The position numbers and the translations under genes are program-made. A DNA stretch of 64,000 bases from Euprymna scolopes (Eukaryota). Of the stretch, positions 52,846-64,000 are shown one piece after another. Under the pieces are notes generated by a model. The model was not told where the DNA came from. It worked only from the letters and a program-made list of their open reading frames with translations, and did not search any database. The stretch is from NCBI GenBank assembly GCA_053919585.1, contig CM132788.1. One strand, written 5' to 3'. Positions within the stretch are counted from its first letter, which is position 1, and each line of letters begins with the position of its first letter.

Positions 52846-53443
52846 GGGTTTGTATTACTGTACACATAGATTCGAAAAAATTGTCAAAAAACAAATATAT
52901 AACAAATAAATGTTATCAAAGGTAAGATAAGTTACTTTTCTTCCAAACTGGATATATTTTTCGTGTTTTTATTCAATGTAACATGTTTATTCAGCTCGAA
53001 AAACATACAGTGTTTACCGATGTATTGGAAAATTCAAAATGGCGCCCGACTTTCTCTTTAACACGGTAAGTTTGGGAAAAAGTGTTATAAATAATAAACT
53101 AGACAAAATACTATTAAAAACCCACTGAATATATGTCAACCTATGTCACGGTAACATATATTGAGCGAGTTTCTAACAGTATTTTGTCTAGTTTTATATT
53201 TATAGCACCTTTCCCAAACTTACTGTGTTAAAGAGAGAGTCGGGTGCTATTTTGAATTTTTTTCCAATAAATCGGTAAACACTGCATGTTTTTCGAGCTG
53301 AATAAACATGTTACATTGAATAAAAACACAAAAACTATATCCAGTTTCGTAGAAAAGTAACTTATCTTGCCTTTGATAACATTTACTTGTTATAATTTGT
53401 TTTTTGACAACTTTTTCGAATCTGTGTACAGTAATACAAACCC
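52846..53443. mobile_element. 598-bp fold-back MITE with an 8-bp TSD
   Basis: GGGTTTGTATTACTGTACAC...GTGTACAGTAATACAAACCC; arms of about 295 bp cover nearly the whole element; TSD AAAAATGC at 52838-52845 and 53444-53451. Confidence 0.92.
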
Positions 53444-55130
53444 AAAAATGCTTTTAATATTTCCGAAATAAATAAAATCTAGACCCCCCCCCCAAAAAAA
53501 AAAAGATATTAAAAGAATGTACACTTACGAAGAATTTTGGTGATGTCTCATGTAGTGTAATGATAGATTAAAAAAAAAAATGTTCTCATTTTAGAAATTA
53601 AAAATTATTTTTTTAAAAATAAGTTTAGAACAACCTTTTTTAAAACCTCCAAAAATGTTTTCATTTTTATCTCGAAGTCAACATAACTTTCCCTTGTAAA
53701 CTATGTACTGGTTAAAAAATGCAATTGTTTGATTTTGTTATTCAAATAATACCATGAATAAAAAGAAAGAGCAATCATGTTTATGCTTCAGGGAATTCTG
53801 TTTCACTATTTCATACTCGATTGGACGCAGCATGGTCTCCTTCCTCCTCCTCTAGCTTCACAATTCATCACACCTGTCGTTCACATTTAATGCTAAACCC
53901 TTTTTTATTATTTACAATTGTAAACCGTTTTCCCATTGTAACAAAGTTAAACAAGGTCTTGATCAATTTAATCCAACTAATCCCAAAGAGGTGGGGGGGG
54001 GGGGCTACTCGGAATGGTTTAAAAGTCTGTAATAATCGGTTACCGTTTTCCCGATGAGAGGAGTGGGGTCAGACGGCCGAAAATAAACCAATTCCCTTTC
54101 ACGAAGGAGAATATAATGCCTGGGACGATGACTTCCCGAGAACGAACAAACCATACACTCAGTGTTATGCGGATTTCTTTTGTAGAAAACATTAAAATCT
54201 GTGTCACAAGATAAAATTTTAAAACGTGGGGGACCGCCCGTGTATACGCACTTTTGTTTTATTTTTATTTATAATTATTCTTTTCTTCTTCTTCTTATTA
54301 TTATTATTATTATTATTGTTATTGTTATTCTTATTTCAGTTACAAGGAGAGTTTATTTCTTTTTGTACATTGTCAAAATTTACAATACCAGAAAACAATT
54401 AAAATGAGAAAGTTACAACAAAAAATACAATACAGCCTTCAATTAAAAATGCAATTTAAATAGATCATTAAGTATTATTTAGTTTCTGTTTTTCATTTCA
54501 GGAACTCCGGTTTCATTTTGTATGGTCACCTTTTTACTGTTGCGACTAGTTACCGGATTTTACTAAAGCCAATACTGGCGGCCATGGAGGCTGATCTATA
54601 TAAACACCAAAAATTGTTACAAAAAAATATCGCAAAATTAAAAACAATTTTCGTCAAATAATAATAAGCGTACACAGAACATTAAACAAGTCATAAAAAT
54701 TAACTATTTAAGAAAATGCACGAAAAGAACATACCTTATAAAATCTACATAAAATAATGAATATAAAGAAAATGTACTATTGTGTAAAGCAGACCAACTA
54801 TTTCAAATAATTGTACAGAACAAAATGTATGCGTTTATCAAGATTAACGAATTTCATGTGTAGATACACAAGACATGCACATGTCGACTGATGCTACTAG
54901 ACCATTTTTTTTTCAGTCGACATTGAAATCAATTTTGTCTCCAAGACAGCACCCTCCCCTCTCATCCTGTCGTCTTCCAGGAAGCGAGAGATGAAGGAAT
55001 GGTAAACCAGAAAACTTATTGATGAACCAACACACACACGCCAACGAGGGTTACATTATTGGCAAATATACAGCAGCAGCAGAATATAAAAAATGTGATC
55101 ATTTTTCGTACGTGTGTGTGTGTGTGTGTG

Positions 55131-55186
<56 letters not shown>

Positions 55187-56188
55187 CTGCTTCTACAAGA
55201 TTTACACACTTTGTTTATTATTAATCGAATAATTATTAAAATAAAGAATGTAATAAGAGCAAAAGTAAACGAAACTTTATTAAAATAATGTAATTACGAA
55301 ATTAATTCCACCAAAATGCATTTTACTTTATTCGTAAACAAGTTAACTATTTAAATCTTTTGTTGCTAAATTGAAAAAAAATATATTTCCTGATTCTTCG
55401 AAATTTTAAACTAGTTTCTGGAATTAAAATCACTACTAAACCCTAGAGGTAGAGATTAAAAACAATGTTATGAAAACTATTCAGTTTTATAGCAATCTGA
55501 TTCAATTAATAATTAAAGACAAAACGAGACTAATATTTAATTGAAAAATTGTATTTTAAAAAGAATTTGAAAAAAAAAAATATATATAAAACGAAATACA
55601 ATGAGTCCCGGGCAACGCTGGGTGGGTACAGCTAGTAAACAAATAGGACTATGACCCCGCCATACTTAGGTTACTTACTGTGAACCTATGGTTTATGATA
55701 TAAAAATTCATCAAGAATGTTCTAGAAAAACTTAAAACCAATTTTGTCTTTCAACAACAATATAATTAGTTTTCAATATTTTCAACGGGTTCTCTCGCCC
55801 TAATATGGCTTTTCAAGTTCCACTCAGATAAATTCATTAATTTATTGTTTAAGCAGTTTTAAAATAGTTTCATTATTTAGGAAATTATTTCTAGGAAATG
55901 GGTTTCATTTTTATTTAATTGAAAATAAAATCGATATTGAAAGTAAAAGTGAGCTATAAAAAACATTTTCTAAAAGTTTTTGTGCATATTGTTATATTTG
56001 AATAGTTTTCTTTACATTACACAAATTCATCTAAATTATTATATTTAATTTGAAATAAAAAAAAAACATGAATAAAAATGTTTGGTACTTATGCACTTTT
56101 GTTACCATGCTGAAATAATAACATTTAGAAAGCCATTCTTAACATGGAGAGGGAGGGTGTTTTCTAACTATTCTCTACTTTCACTTAA

Positions 56189-56710
56189 TCTTCCATAATA
56201 TNNNNNNNNNNNNNNNNNNNNNNNNNNNNNNNNNNNNNNNNNNNNNNNNNNNNNNNNNNNNNNNNNNNNNNNNNNNNNNNNNNNNNNNNNNNNNNNNNNN
56301 NNNNNNNNNNNNNNNNNNNNNNNNNNNNNNNNNNNNNNNGACAGAAGTGACGGATTTTCACAAGATCTGTATCGTTTTGAAGCTCGACCCTTCGGACAAC
56401 AAATACCGAAAAATTGGCTAAAAACATTGATTCCTTCACCCTCAACTGAGCACTTTTCTACAGGGAGGGGTCGTTTTTTTTTCGCCAATATTTTCGTAAG
56501 TCATCGCCTCTTTTCAATTGACTACCCTTAATTTAAACCTACGTCACTTCTGGTTTGGCGATGGGCACAACATCAAAGACGTCACGTCTTTTTTTTTTAC
56601 ATTCTTTTTTTCCTTCACGGTATGGGTTCGAGTCTGCCCGCCTGCCTACATACCACTTCATTTTTTTTTTTTTTTTGCTCAACACACACACCTCCAAACA
56701 CCCTGGCTAG
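56189..56710 (+). mobile_element. Non-autonomous Helitron (1432-1874 family), partly in the N gap 56202-56339
   Basis: Homologous to 1490-1874; ends CTAG then T. Confidence 0.75.
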
Positions 56711-57371
56711 TTTAATATAAAAGATATCGTAAGGCTTGAATTTAACTTGAAAATACTACTTAAAAAAAAAAAAAATAATAATGTGGTAGCAAATGTGCCT
56801 AAACACTATTTTTGTAATCTATAAAATTTTAAATTAATCTGGATGTTCATTTTTGAAAGATTTATTTTAATCTTTAAAAACACTACCAAGAGCATAGATA
56901 TCTCCCGATAAAAAAATAATTCCAATAAAATATATTTTAACACAATTAAACAATTCGCTTTTATAGAAATACTAGCATTTCAGCCCGGTGTTGCTCAGAT
57001 GTTTTGAGGTACATGTTAAGCAAAAAAAATAAAATTAAAAAAATAAAAAAAGCGGTCAATTTTTTTAACTTTGACCCCTATTATGACCCCTTACCATTTA
57101 TTGTTTTGGACTCAAATCAAGTTATTAAGTTAGATCCATGTCCAAGGAACCTATATCTAAAATTTCAAGTCTTTAGACCAAAGATTTTTGGAGGAGTTTG
57201 GTAGAATTCTCAAAAGTCAACTCGTTTAATTTTGACCCCTTTAATCGCCAAATTTCTGGCCGAAAACCGATCACAAAGATTTTCCCAAATCTCAGTATCC
57301 TGTATATCAAATTTCGAGTCTGTAGACTTAAAATTGACAGAGTTATTGCGTAGGGAAATGTACACAGACAC

Positions 57372-57826
57372 AGTGACAGTGTTCTATGACAAAGAGATAC
57401 AGGCAGGCAGATACATACAAGGCCATCAAGCCAGATATAGTAATATGGAACAAGCCCGAAAGGACTGCACTCATTATCGGCGTCACAGTTCCAAACGACT
57501 TTGGCCTTAATAGAGCAGAACGGGAAAAGATAACAAAATATCAGGACCTTAAAAATGATCTAAAAGCAACATGGTCTCTGAAAGAAATAAACATCATACC
57601 AGTTGTGACAGGAGCAACTGGCCTAATAAAAAAAAGAACCTTCAAAAATACTTAGAAGCAATCCCTGGAAAACCAAGCTGTAAGGAAATACAGATAGCAG
57701 CCATAAAGGGAACAGTGTCTATTCTTAAAAGAGCCCTTGGATATAAATTTAAACTATAATAGAATCAAGTGATAGCCCCAGGAAGGAGCCCCTTGATCTC
57801 TTCAAATTAACAAAAGTAAAATAAAA
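57372..57826 (+). mobile_element. 5'-truncated R4/Dong-like non-LTR retrotransposon (restriction-like endonuclease domain)
   Basis: KPDIVIWNKPERTALIIGVTVPND...AEREKITKYQDL...W...IIPVVTGATG, one frameshift, then a stop and an A-rich tail. Confidence 0.88.
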
Positions 57827-57829
57827 TGA

Positions 57830-58015
57830 GAGAAACCATATTCTTGTGAAACAGGCAGTTGTTCATTTTCAATGAAATCTAATATGCAGAAACATATGCG
57901 GTCACATACTGGAGAAAAACCATATTCTTGTAAAGTATGTAGTCCGTCTTTTACATTGAAACACAATTTGTTGCAACATATATGAACCCATATGGGAGAG
58001 AAAGAACTTGAATGC
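57830..58015 (+). pseudogene. C2H2 (Kruppel-type) zinc-finger gene fragment, about 2 fingers, disrupted
   Basis: [60 protein letters not shown]: HTGEKPY-type linkers, a frameshift and a stop. Confidence 0.88.
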
Positions 58016-58555
58016 CCACTGGAGAGAAACTTGAATGCCTACTAGACACTATCCTCGAGTGTCTAAGGTCTCTCTGTACAGGGGTTTGTCAGAACAACCT
58101 GGCATGAGGATACTTTTTCCATAGAAGTAAACCCTGACCAAATATTCAAAATTACATAGTATTCGCTGCCAAAATAAGATCTCCTCACTATGGCTAACAC
58201 TCATTAGCTTTTATGAGGAATGGTGCCCCTTCTTCAAGTGATGTTACCTCAGGTAATAGCACGAACCTGGATACTCCACCAGATTAGATAAATTCTTGTC
58301 CTGGAATCCAGTGAGACCAAAACAAAAGATATACTACAACGTATGAAAATGGTTAATTGGGGAGAGGAAAATTATGTTCTCAATTTCTTTACTAACACAG
58401 TGTTTGAGAAATAAAGAACTTAAATGGAGCATTCAAATATCTATGTATCTCATATAGAGTTCAAGTGTTAGCACCAGGTAATGGGCCCCTTGATGGCTGA
58501 GAACTTCGACTAAAGTAAAATAAAACAAAAAAATACATTCACTTTTATAGATATA

Positions 58556-58979
58556 CTAGCATTTCGGCCCGGCGTTGCCCGGGTGTTTTGAGGTGTATGC
58601 TGAGCAAAAGAAAAAAAAAAAAAAATGGTCAACTTTTTTAGCTTTGACCCCTATTATGACCCCTTAATATTTATTTTGGGCTCAAATCAAATTATTAAGT
58701 CAGATCCATGTCCAAGGAACCTATATCTAAAATTTCAAGTGTTTAGACCCAAAATTGTCGGAGGAGTTTGATAGAGTTCTCAAAGGTCTAATCGTTGAAC
58801 TTTGACCCCTTAACAGCCAAATTTCCAGTCGAAAACCGATCACATCGATTTTCCAAAATCTCAATACCCTAATACCCTATATATCAAATTTCGAGTCTGT
58901 AGACTAAAAATTAACAGAGTTATTGCGTAGGGAAATGTACACGGACACACAGACACGTTCACTTTTATAGATATATAGA
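58556..58979 (-). mobile_element. Non-autonomous Helitron
   Basis: On the minus strand: A then TCTATATATCTATAAAAG at 58979, 3' CCCGGGCAACGCCGGG plus CTAG at 58556-58559. Confidence 0.85.
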
Positions 58980-61900
58980 TTGTCAAACATTTTATTTTTT
59001 TCTAGAGAAATATTTTACAACCAATTTTGTTTAATTTAAGGGGCATTTTTCTTGCACTTTAAATAATAATCCAAGTTTTCATTTGAAATTTCTCATGCAA
59101 ATTTCTTTTCTAAAAAATCCATCGCCTAAAAAAAAATAAATAAAAAAAAATAATCACATCAATAAATTGTTTTAAAAAATGGGAAAAGTATTAAGTAAAA
59201 ACATTAATTCAGAAAATATTCTAGATAAGAGATCGAACGGAAGGGATTAAACAATGCGATAAAAAAAATGGTATATAGGTGATAAAAATGTTTTTTGTTT
59301 GTTTTAAATAATTCAGAAACAATTTTGACTTAAAATATATTTAGGACAACGGCATGTAATTTGAAAAAAAAAAAAAAAAGTACACGTTTGAAATGTGCAA
59401 ATATGTTACCATAAATCGATATTTTAAAAAGAAAAAGTCACCACCCCCACCCCCCAAGGAGGGCAGAGTTAGACACAAGGTCGGTTTTTAATGTGGGAAA
59501 AATCCAGCTCCCAAAAAAGAGAGACACTAGATAGGAGCAAAACTAAGAATTGTCTCAGTCTAGAAGGATTTCTTCATCACTGACCGAAGACATACCACAC
59601 TGTTCTTAGCAAAAAGGCCATAGCCACCATGTTCATTTTTTTTTTTGCATCGCTCAACATAAAAAATATATTAAAACATTTTTTTTTTCCATAATACGTA
59701 ATACAAAAGGAATTTGACTCAAACGTTTTTAATATCAGAATCAAATAGTATTTTTAAAATAAATATTAATATTTTCATATCTACAAACACTAGTGTTTCA
59801 ACTGTTTCATACTTATGCAATCATCAGTGTAGGAAGCGATAATTATTGTTAGTCGGGAGATTCGAGATATATATAATCGCCTATACACCGATTCTATTCG
59901 ATTTTTTCTAAAACTAACCGTTCGAACATCATTTAACATTTTCTATAACATATTCACATTTTATTTAGAGATTTTTGTTCGTTCATCTTTATATTAATAA
60001 AATCATAACTTCACGTGTCATGGTGCATGTTTTTTTCTAGCAACCAAGTGGATTAGTATTTTTAATTTACTTACTATTAATCGACTATTTAAATAAAAAT
60101 GCAATTGAATAAAACAATTTAAATCCATTTTTTTTTTTTAATATTACGAAATTATTAAATTTACTAAAATTCATTTGCTTATGTTTGTAAACAAGTTAAC
60201 TATTTTAAGCTATTTTAAACAAAGAAAATTACTTTTATTTATTTTTTTCTAACGTATTATCACTTATGGGAACTGCACTGCACGGGAACACTCGAGGAGA
60301 AATGGTTAAAGAGAGGATCGAAAACAAATAGGTGTTATGGGTAGACTTAAAAGACATTGATTATCCAAGTATTTATTCACATTAGACCTGAAGACGATCA
60401 TGTTGTAGTCAGCAAACCCATGGTACCTTGTTCAATAGATGGGATGTTCTACGAAATAAAATTTGTTTGTGAAAGTGTCGTTCAGATTTTAGTAAGGAGG
60501 GAGAGAAAGAAAAGTTCTTTGCTCTGGTGGTAGCTAGACGAGTTCCTGCTGTCAATGTTTTTATATGGTGGCATCAGATTATAGCTCAGCCGAGCATCTA
60601 GCATAAACATAACGATTAGAGGAGAGATAGAAACTAGCAGCATTTCTTTTGCGTGAAAAGTCTGTAACCATTCGTTGGTAAATTTTGAAGTTGATTTTGT
60701 ACTCCGTCAAAACAGGAAAGAGTGCTCCAAGCAAGCACCTCTCCAGATATTTGATTGTGGTGGTGTATCTTAGGGAGTATCTGGCTCTTATACAAGGTAG
60801 AGGATTACGTTGAGGTTAGGTACCGTCTAGAGCGACAGAATAATTCAATCATTTTTCCAGCAACAAATTTGCATTTCAGATCTGGATGAAAATCAATTCT
60901 AGAAGCTTATTTATATAAAAAAAAAAAGGGGGGGGGGTCTAAGAGGAGAAAACTATTCATTTCAGCTAGAGAAAAATGAGAATCCGAGCGCTGTGGGTGA
61001 AAAGACAGAAGCTTTATTTTAGACGTATATTGTTTATCACAAGAGTGTTTCCGTTTGACAACTACTTCGTGACAATTAGAAACTTGAAAAGAATTTAGAA
61101 GCATTTAAAATGTTGAATAGAAAATTATTCTGGCTTTAAGATTCTTCTGCAACGATACGAGAATAATTAAAACTATAAAAACGAGAAACAAACAATTTGG
61201 TAAAAACAGACGCAGCAAAAATGAAAAGATTTCCAGGAAACGCCGATTGATATTAAACTAAAGTATAGATTTCTTTTTGTTTTGTTTTTAAATGCCTAGC
61301 AATTTTCCCATTGACGGAAACCTGTCATGAGGAAGGCGAGACATTTTTTTTTTTTTTTTTTTTTGTAAATGAGAAAAGAATATGCTGTTGTAGTAAGCTT
61401 TATTTGAAATATGTTTATTTTAAAAGTTTGATAAATCTTAAACTAAACGGAATAAATGTTACAAGTGTCCAAAATTAACATTTTTGTCACCAACATATAA
61501 AATTTGTAAAAATAAATAGAAGGGGGGGGGGTAAGCAAAGGAGGTATTTCGTGTAAACAAAAACATCTTTCATAAAGTTATAGATTTAAGTACTTAAAAA
61601 AACGCTTGAATTCATTTTTGCTTTTTTTATGAAAATAAAGCATCGTAGTTGTTTTTTTAATATTTCAGGAACATTACAACAAAGCCCCTAAAGTTCGTGT
61701 TAATGAAATCAGTTTAACTTTTTTAAAATGGAATTATGTCTACTAACGGTTTAATTTGGATGTCAATATTGTAAAATAAATAAACAAACAAACAGGATGT
61801 GCATCTCACCACCGTATTGTATTTAATTATTATTAAAAAAAATTTTTTTTTCTTTTTAGAGATTAATTTTAGGCTTTAATCTTTCAAACACGATCAAAAT

Positions 61901-64000
61901 TAATCGGAAACTTAAAAAAAAAAAAATGATAAGCCGGCTTTAAAAACTATGAGCCCTATAAGGTTTCACCAGTAAATTGCATATACTTATATATACACAC
62001 ACACACATAAGTGTGTGTGTGGATGACAGAGAGAGACTTATGTGCATGGTGTGATGTTTGTGTCCTAGAAAAGAAGGTTAAAGAATCTACATAAAAATAT
62101 CAAAGTGTACCGGGAAGTATTCCCGAATCTATGAGTACACTGCAGTGCAGTCAGTACTACTCCTTAAAACTTCTAATATATCCTATTTTATAAAATTTAA
62201 AGTATATGCATGAATTATTTTGGGGAAGACAATGGAAGTAGAACTGAATCTTTAAGAACCCTCCTAACCTGGGTCTGAGCCGGCTTTAAAACGTCATATT
62301 TTGATAAAATGCATATGTATAAAATTCTCGACTTCTTCAAATGCACATATTTGATTTTAATGAAATTTAAACAGTATACATAAGACAGTAATTCGGAGTT
62401 TGTTTTTCTTACATGAATATCACCACTTATCAAGGCCCAAAAGCCACTCGGGGATAAGGCTTATTTTGTGTACAGTAATCAATGGGATAGTATTGCAGTA
62501 TTCATTAGTATTGGAAATTTGATAAAGTGTCATTACTTAAGGGGACGGTTCATCAGGAATATGTTTATGTCGGACTTGAAGACATCCATGTTGAAGTCAG
62601 GAGAGAAACAGGCAAGCGGTAGAGAGTTCCACAGGCGTGCAGTTTTTTTTTGTTTTTTGTTTTTGTTACACAGTGATCACCACTTATCAAGGCCCGGAAG
62701 CCACTCAGGGATAAGGGTTATTGCAAGTACATTACGTTAGTGTGGAGATTTAATGAAGTGTTTTAAAGTAGTTTTAAATTAAATTTTGTACACAAAAACA
62801 AACAAAAAATATTAAAGTTTCAAATATTTCAGCTTCTTCTGGTTACATTAGGGGGGCACTAAAAAAAAGTAATACGACGTGCCTATTTACTTGCCCCCCC
62901 CCCCACGAGAGCAGAGTTGAACACAAGGCCAGTTTTTAATGTGGGGAAATCCAGCTCCCAAAAAAGGAACACTGTAGATAAGAACAAAAATAAAAATTGT
63001 CTCGATTATGAAGGACTCTCCTCCACCGACCAAGGACAGAAAAGGTGAAGAGCAGCATCAGAACATATACTACACTGTTATCTCGGCCTAAAAGCGAAGA
63101 AACTAAAAACAAAGTATAAAATGTTATGAGCATTGGTGAATCCCGAACAATGTCCGGTCTTTCTGCTAGCATAGATATATAATTACAATTAAAAACGCTG
63201 TTATACAGTTTCTTCAATCACGTTATAATTTAATGACATTCTTTTGCAGTAGAATGGAATTTTGGACCGAAATGCAAGTAAATTATAAAGTAATATTTTT
63301 TTAGTCAAAATATTAAAGAAAGCACGTGATAGTGTACATTTTAAGTGTCTCAAATTCTCTTTTTAATAGACGTCATATTTAATACGATTAATTGATTTGT
63401 TTGTGAATGTACAATTTAAGATGTAACCAAGTAAAAATATTCAAGGATAATATCGGTTCTTTTATAAAAGAAAAAAAATTGAACACATCTTTCCCTGTAT
63501 CTAAGAATTCAGGGTTACTAAAGGGTTATTTTTGCCCCTATTTTTTAAAAGATATTTTTGGGATTGTGCAGTTATGTCAACAAATGACTAAGTAGGAAAA
63601 AAAAAAGAAAAAAAATATCAAATATCCATAAATAAATATTACCGTAGCCAATAAACGGTTACTTTTCTAATTACCTAGCTCACTTTTTTGTTTGTTTGTT
63701 TTAAAGTAGTTTTAAATGAAATTTTGTACACAAAAACAAACAAAAATATTAAATTACCCTAAAACAAAAAAAAAAACGATATTTTTTCTTTTGTTACATC
63801 CCAAATTTCAATATAATTTTTACATTCGAAATCGAATAATTGTATTGATTAGAATGACGTCTTTTGAAAAGGAAATTTGAGGCTATGAAAACAAACGAAA
63901 ATGTTTTAAATGTTACATTTAAAACGTATACGATTTCAATAACATGTTTGGAAAGTTAACAATATAATTTAAGAACGTAAAAAAAACTGATTTAGAAAAA

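Larger units (their letters stand above)
56972..58555 (-). mobile_element. Helitron interrupted near its 5' end by about 1.16 kb of foreign sequence
   Basis: 56972-57371 plus 58533-58555 together match the uninterrupted neighbour at 58556-58979. Confidence 0.75.

Noticed and set aside
60384-60428. CTGAAGA...GCAAACCCATGGTA hammerhead-like motif
   Set aside because: GAAA is disrupted, stem II is weak, and it lies within a LINE remnant.
62761-63755. About 55-bp direct repeat at 62761 and 63700
   Set aside because: AT-rich, with no LTR or TSD hallmarks; probably a local duplication.

Overview
Very AT-rich, repeat-dense eukaryotic DNA, most likely from an invertebrate animal, with two N-gaps (24125-24971, 56202-56339). 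I found no intact host protein-coding exon. The window reads as intron or intergenic sequence filled with decayed transposons: a Mag-like Ty3/Gypsy element with LTRs and a 5-bp TSD (45793-50402), mariner and maT/Tc1 remnants, HERO-like, R4-like, RTE and CR1-like non-LTR fragments, many non-autonomous Helitrons (often head-to-tail), fold-back MITEs and Penelope-like termini. The most notable feature is at 19970-20660: 2.4 near-identical copies of a 286-bp unit inserted in a (TA)n tract. Each unit joins a tRNA-derived Pol III promoter to an intact type I hammerhead ribozyme with a palindromic stem III and has no internal Pol III terminator, so it looks like a young retrozyme or ribozyme-SINE predicted to yield 286-nt self-cleaved, possibly circular, RNAs. 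Other oddities are more hammerhead-like motifs (18315-18660, 59781-59832), a 478-bp T-shaped palindrome (11101-11578), tRNA-like segments inside Helitrons, and a C2H2 zinc-finger fragment carried inside a Helitron/retrotransposon composite (57372-58530). All family assignments come from motif recognition by eye; no searches were run.
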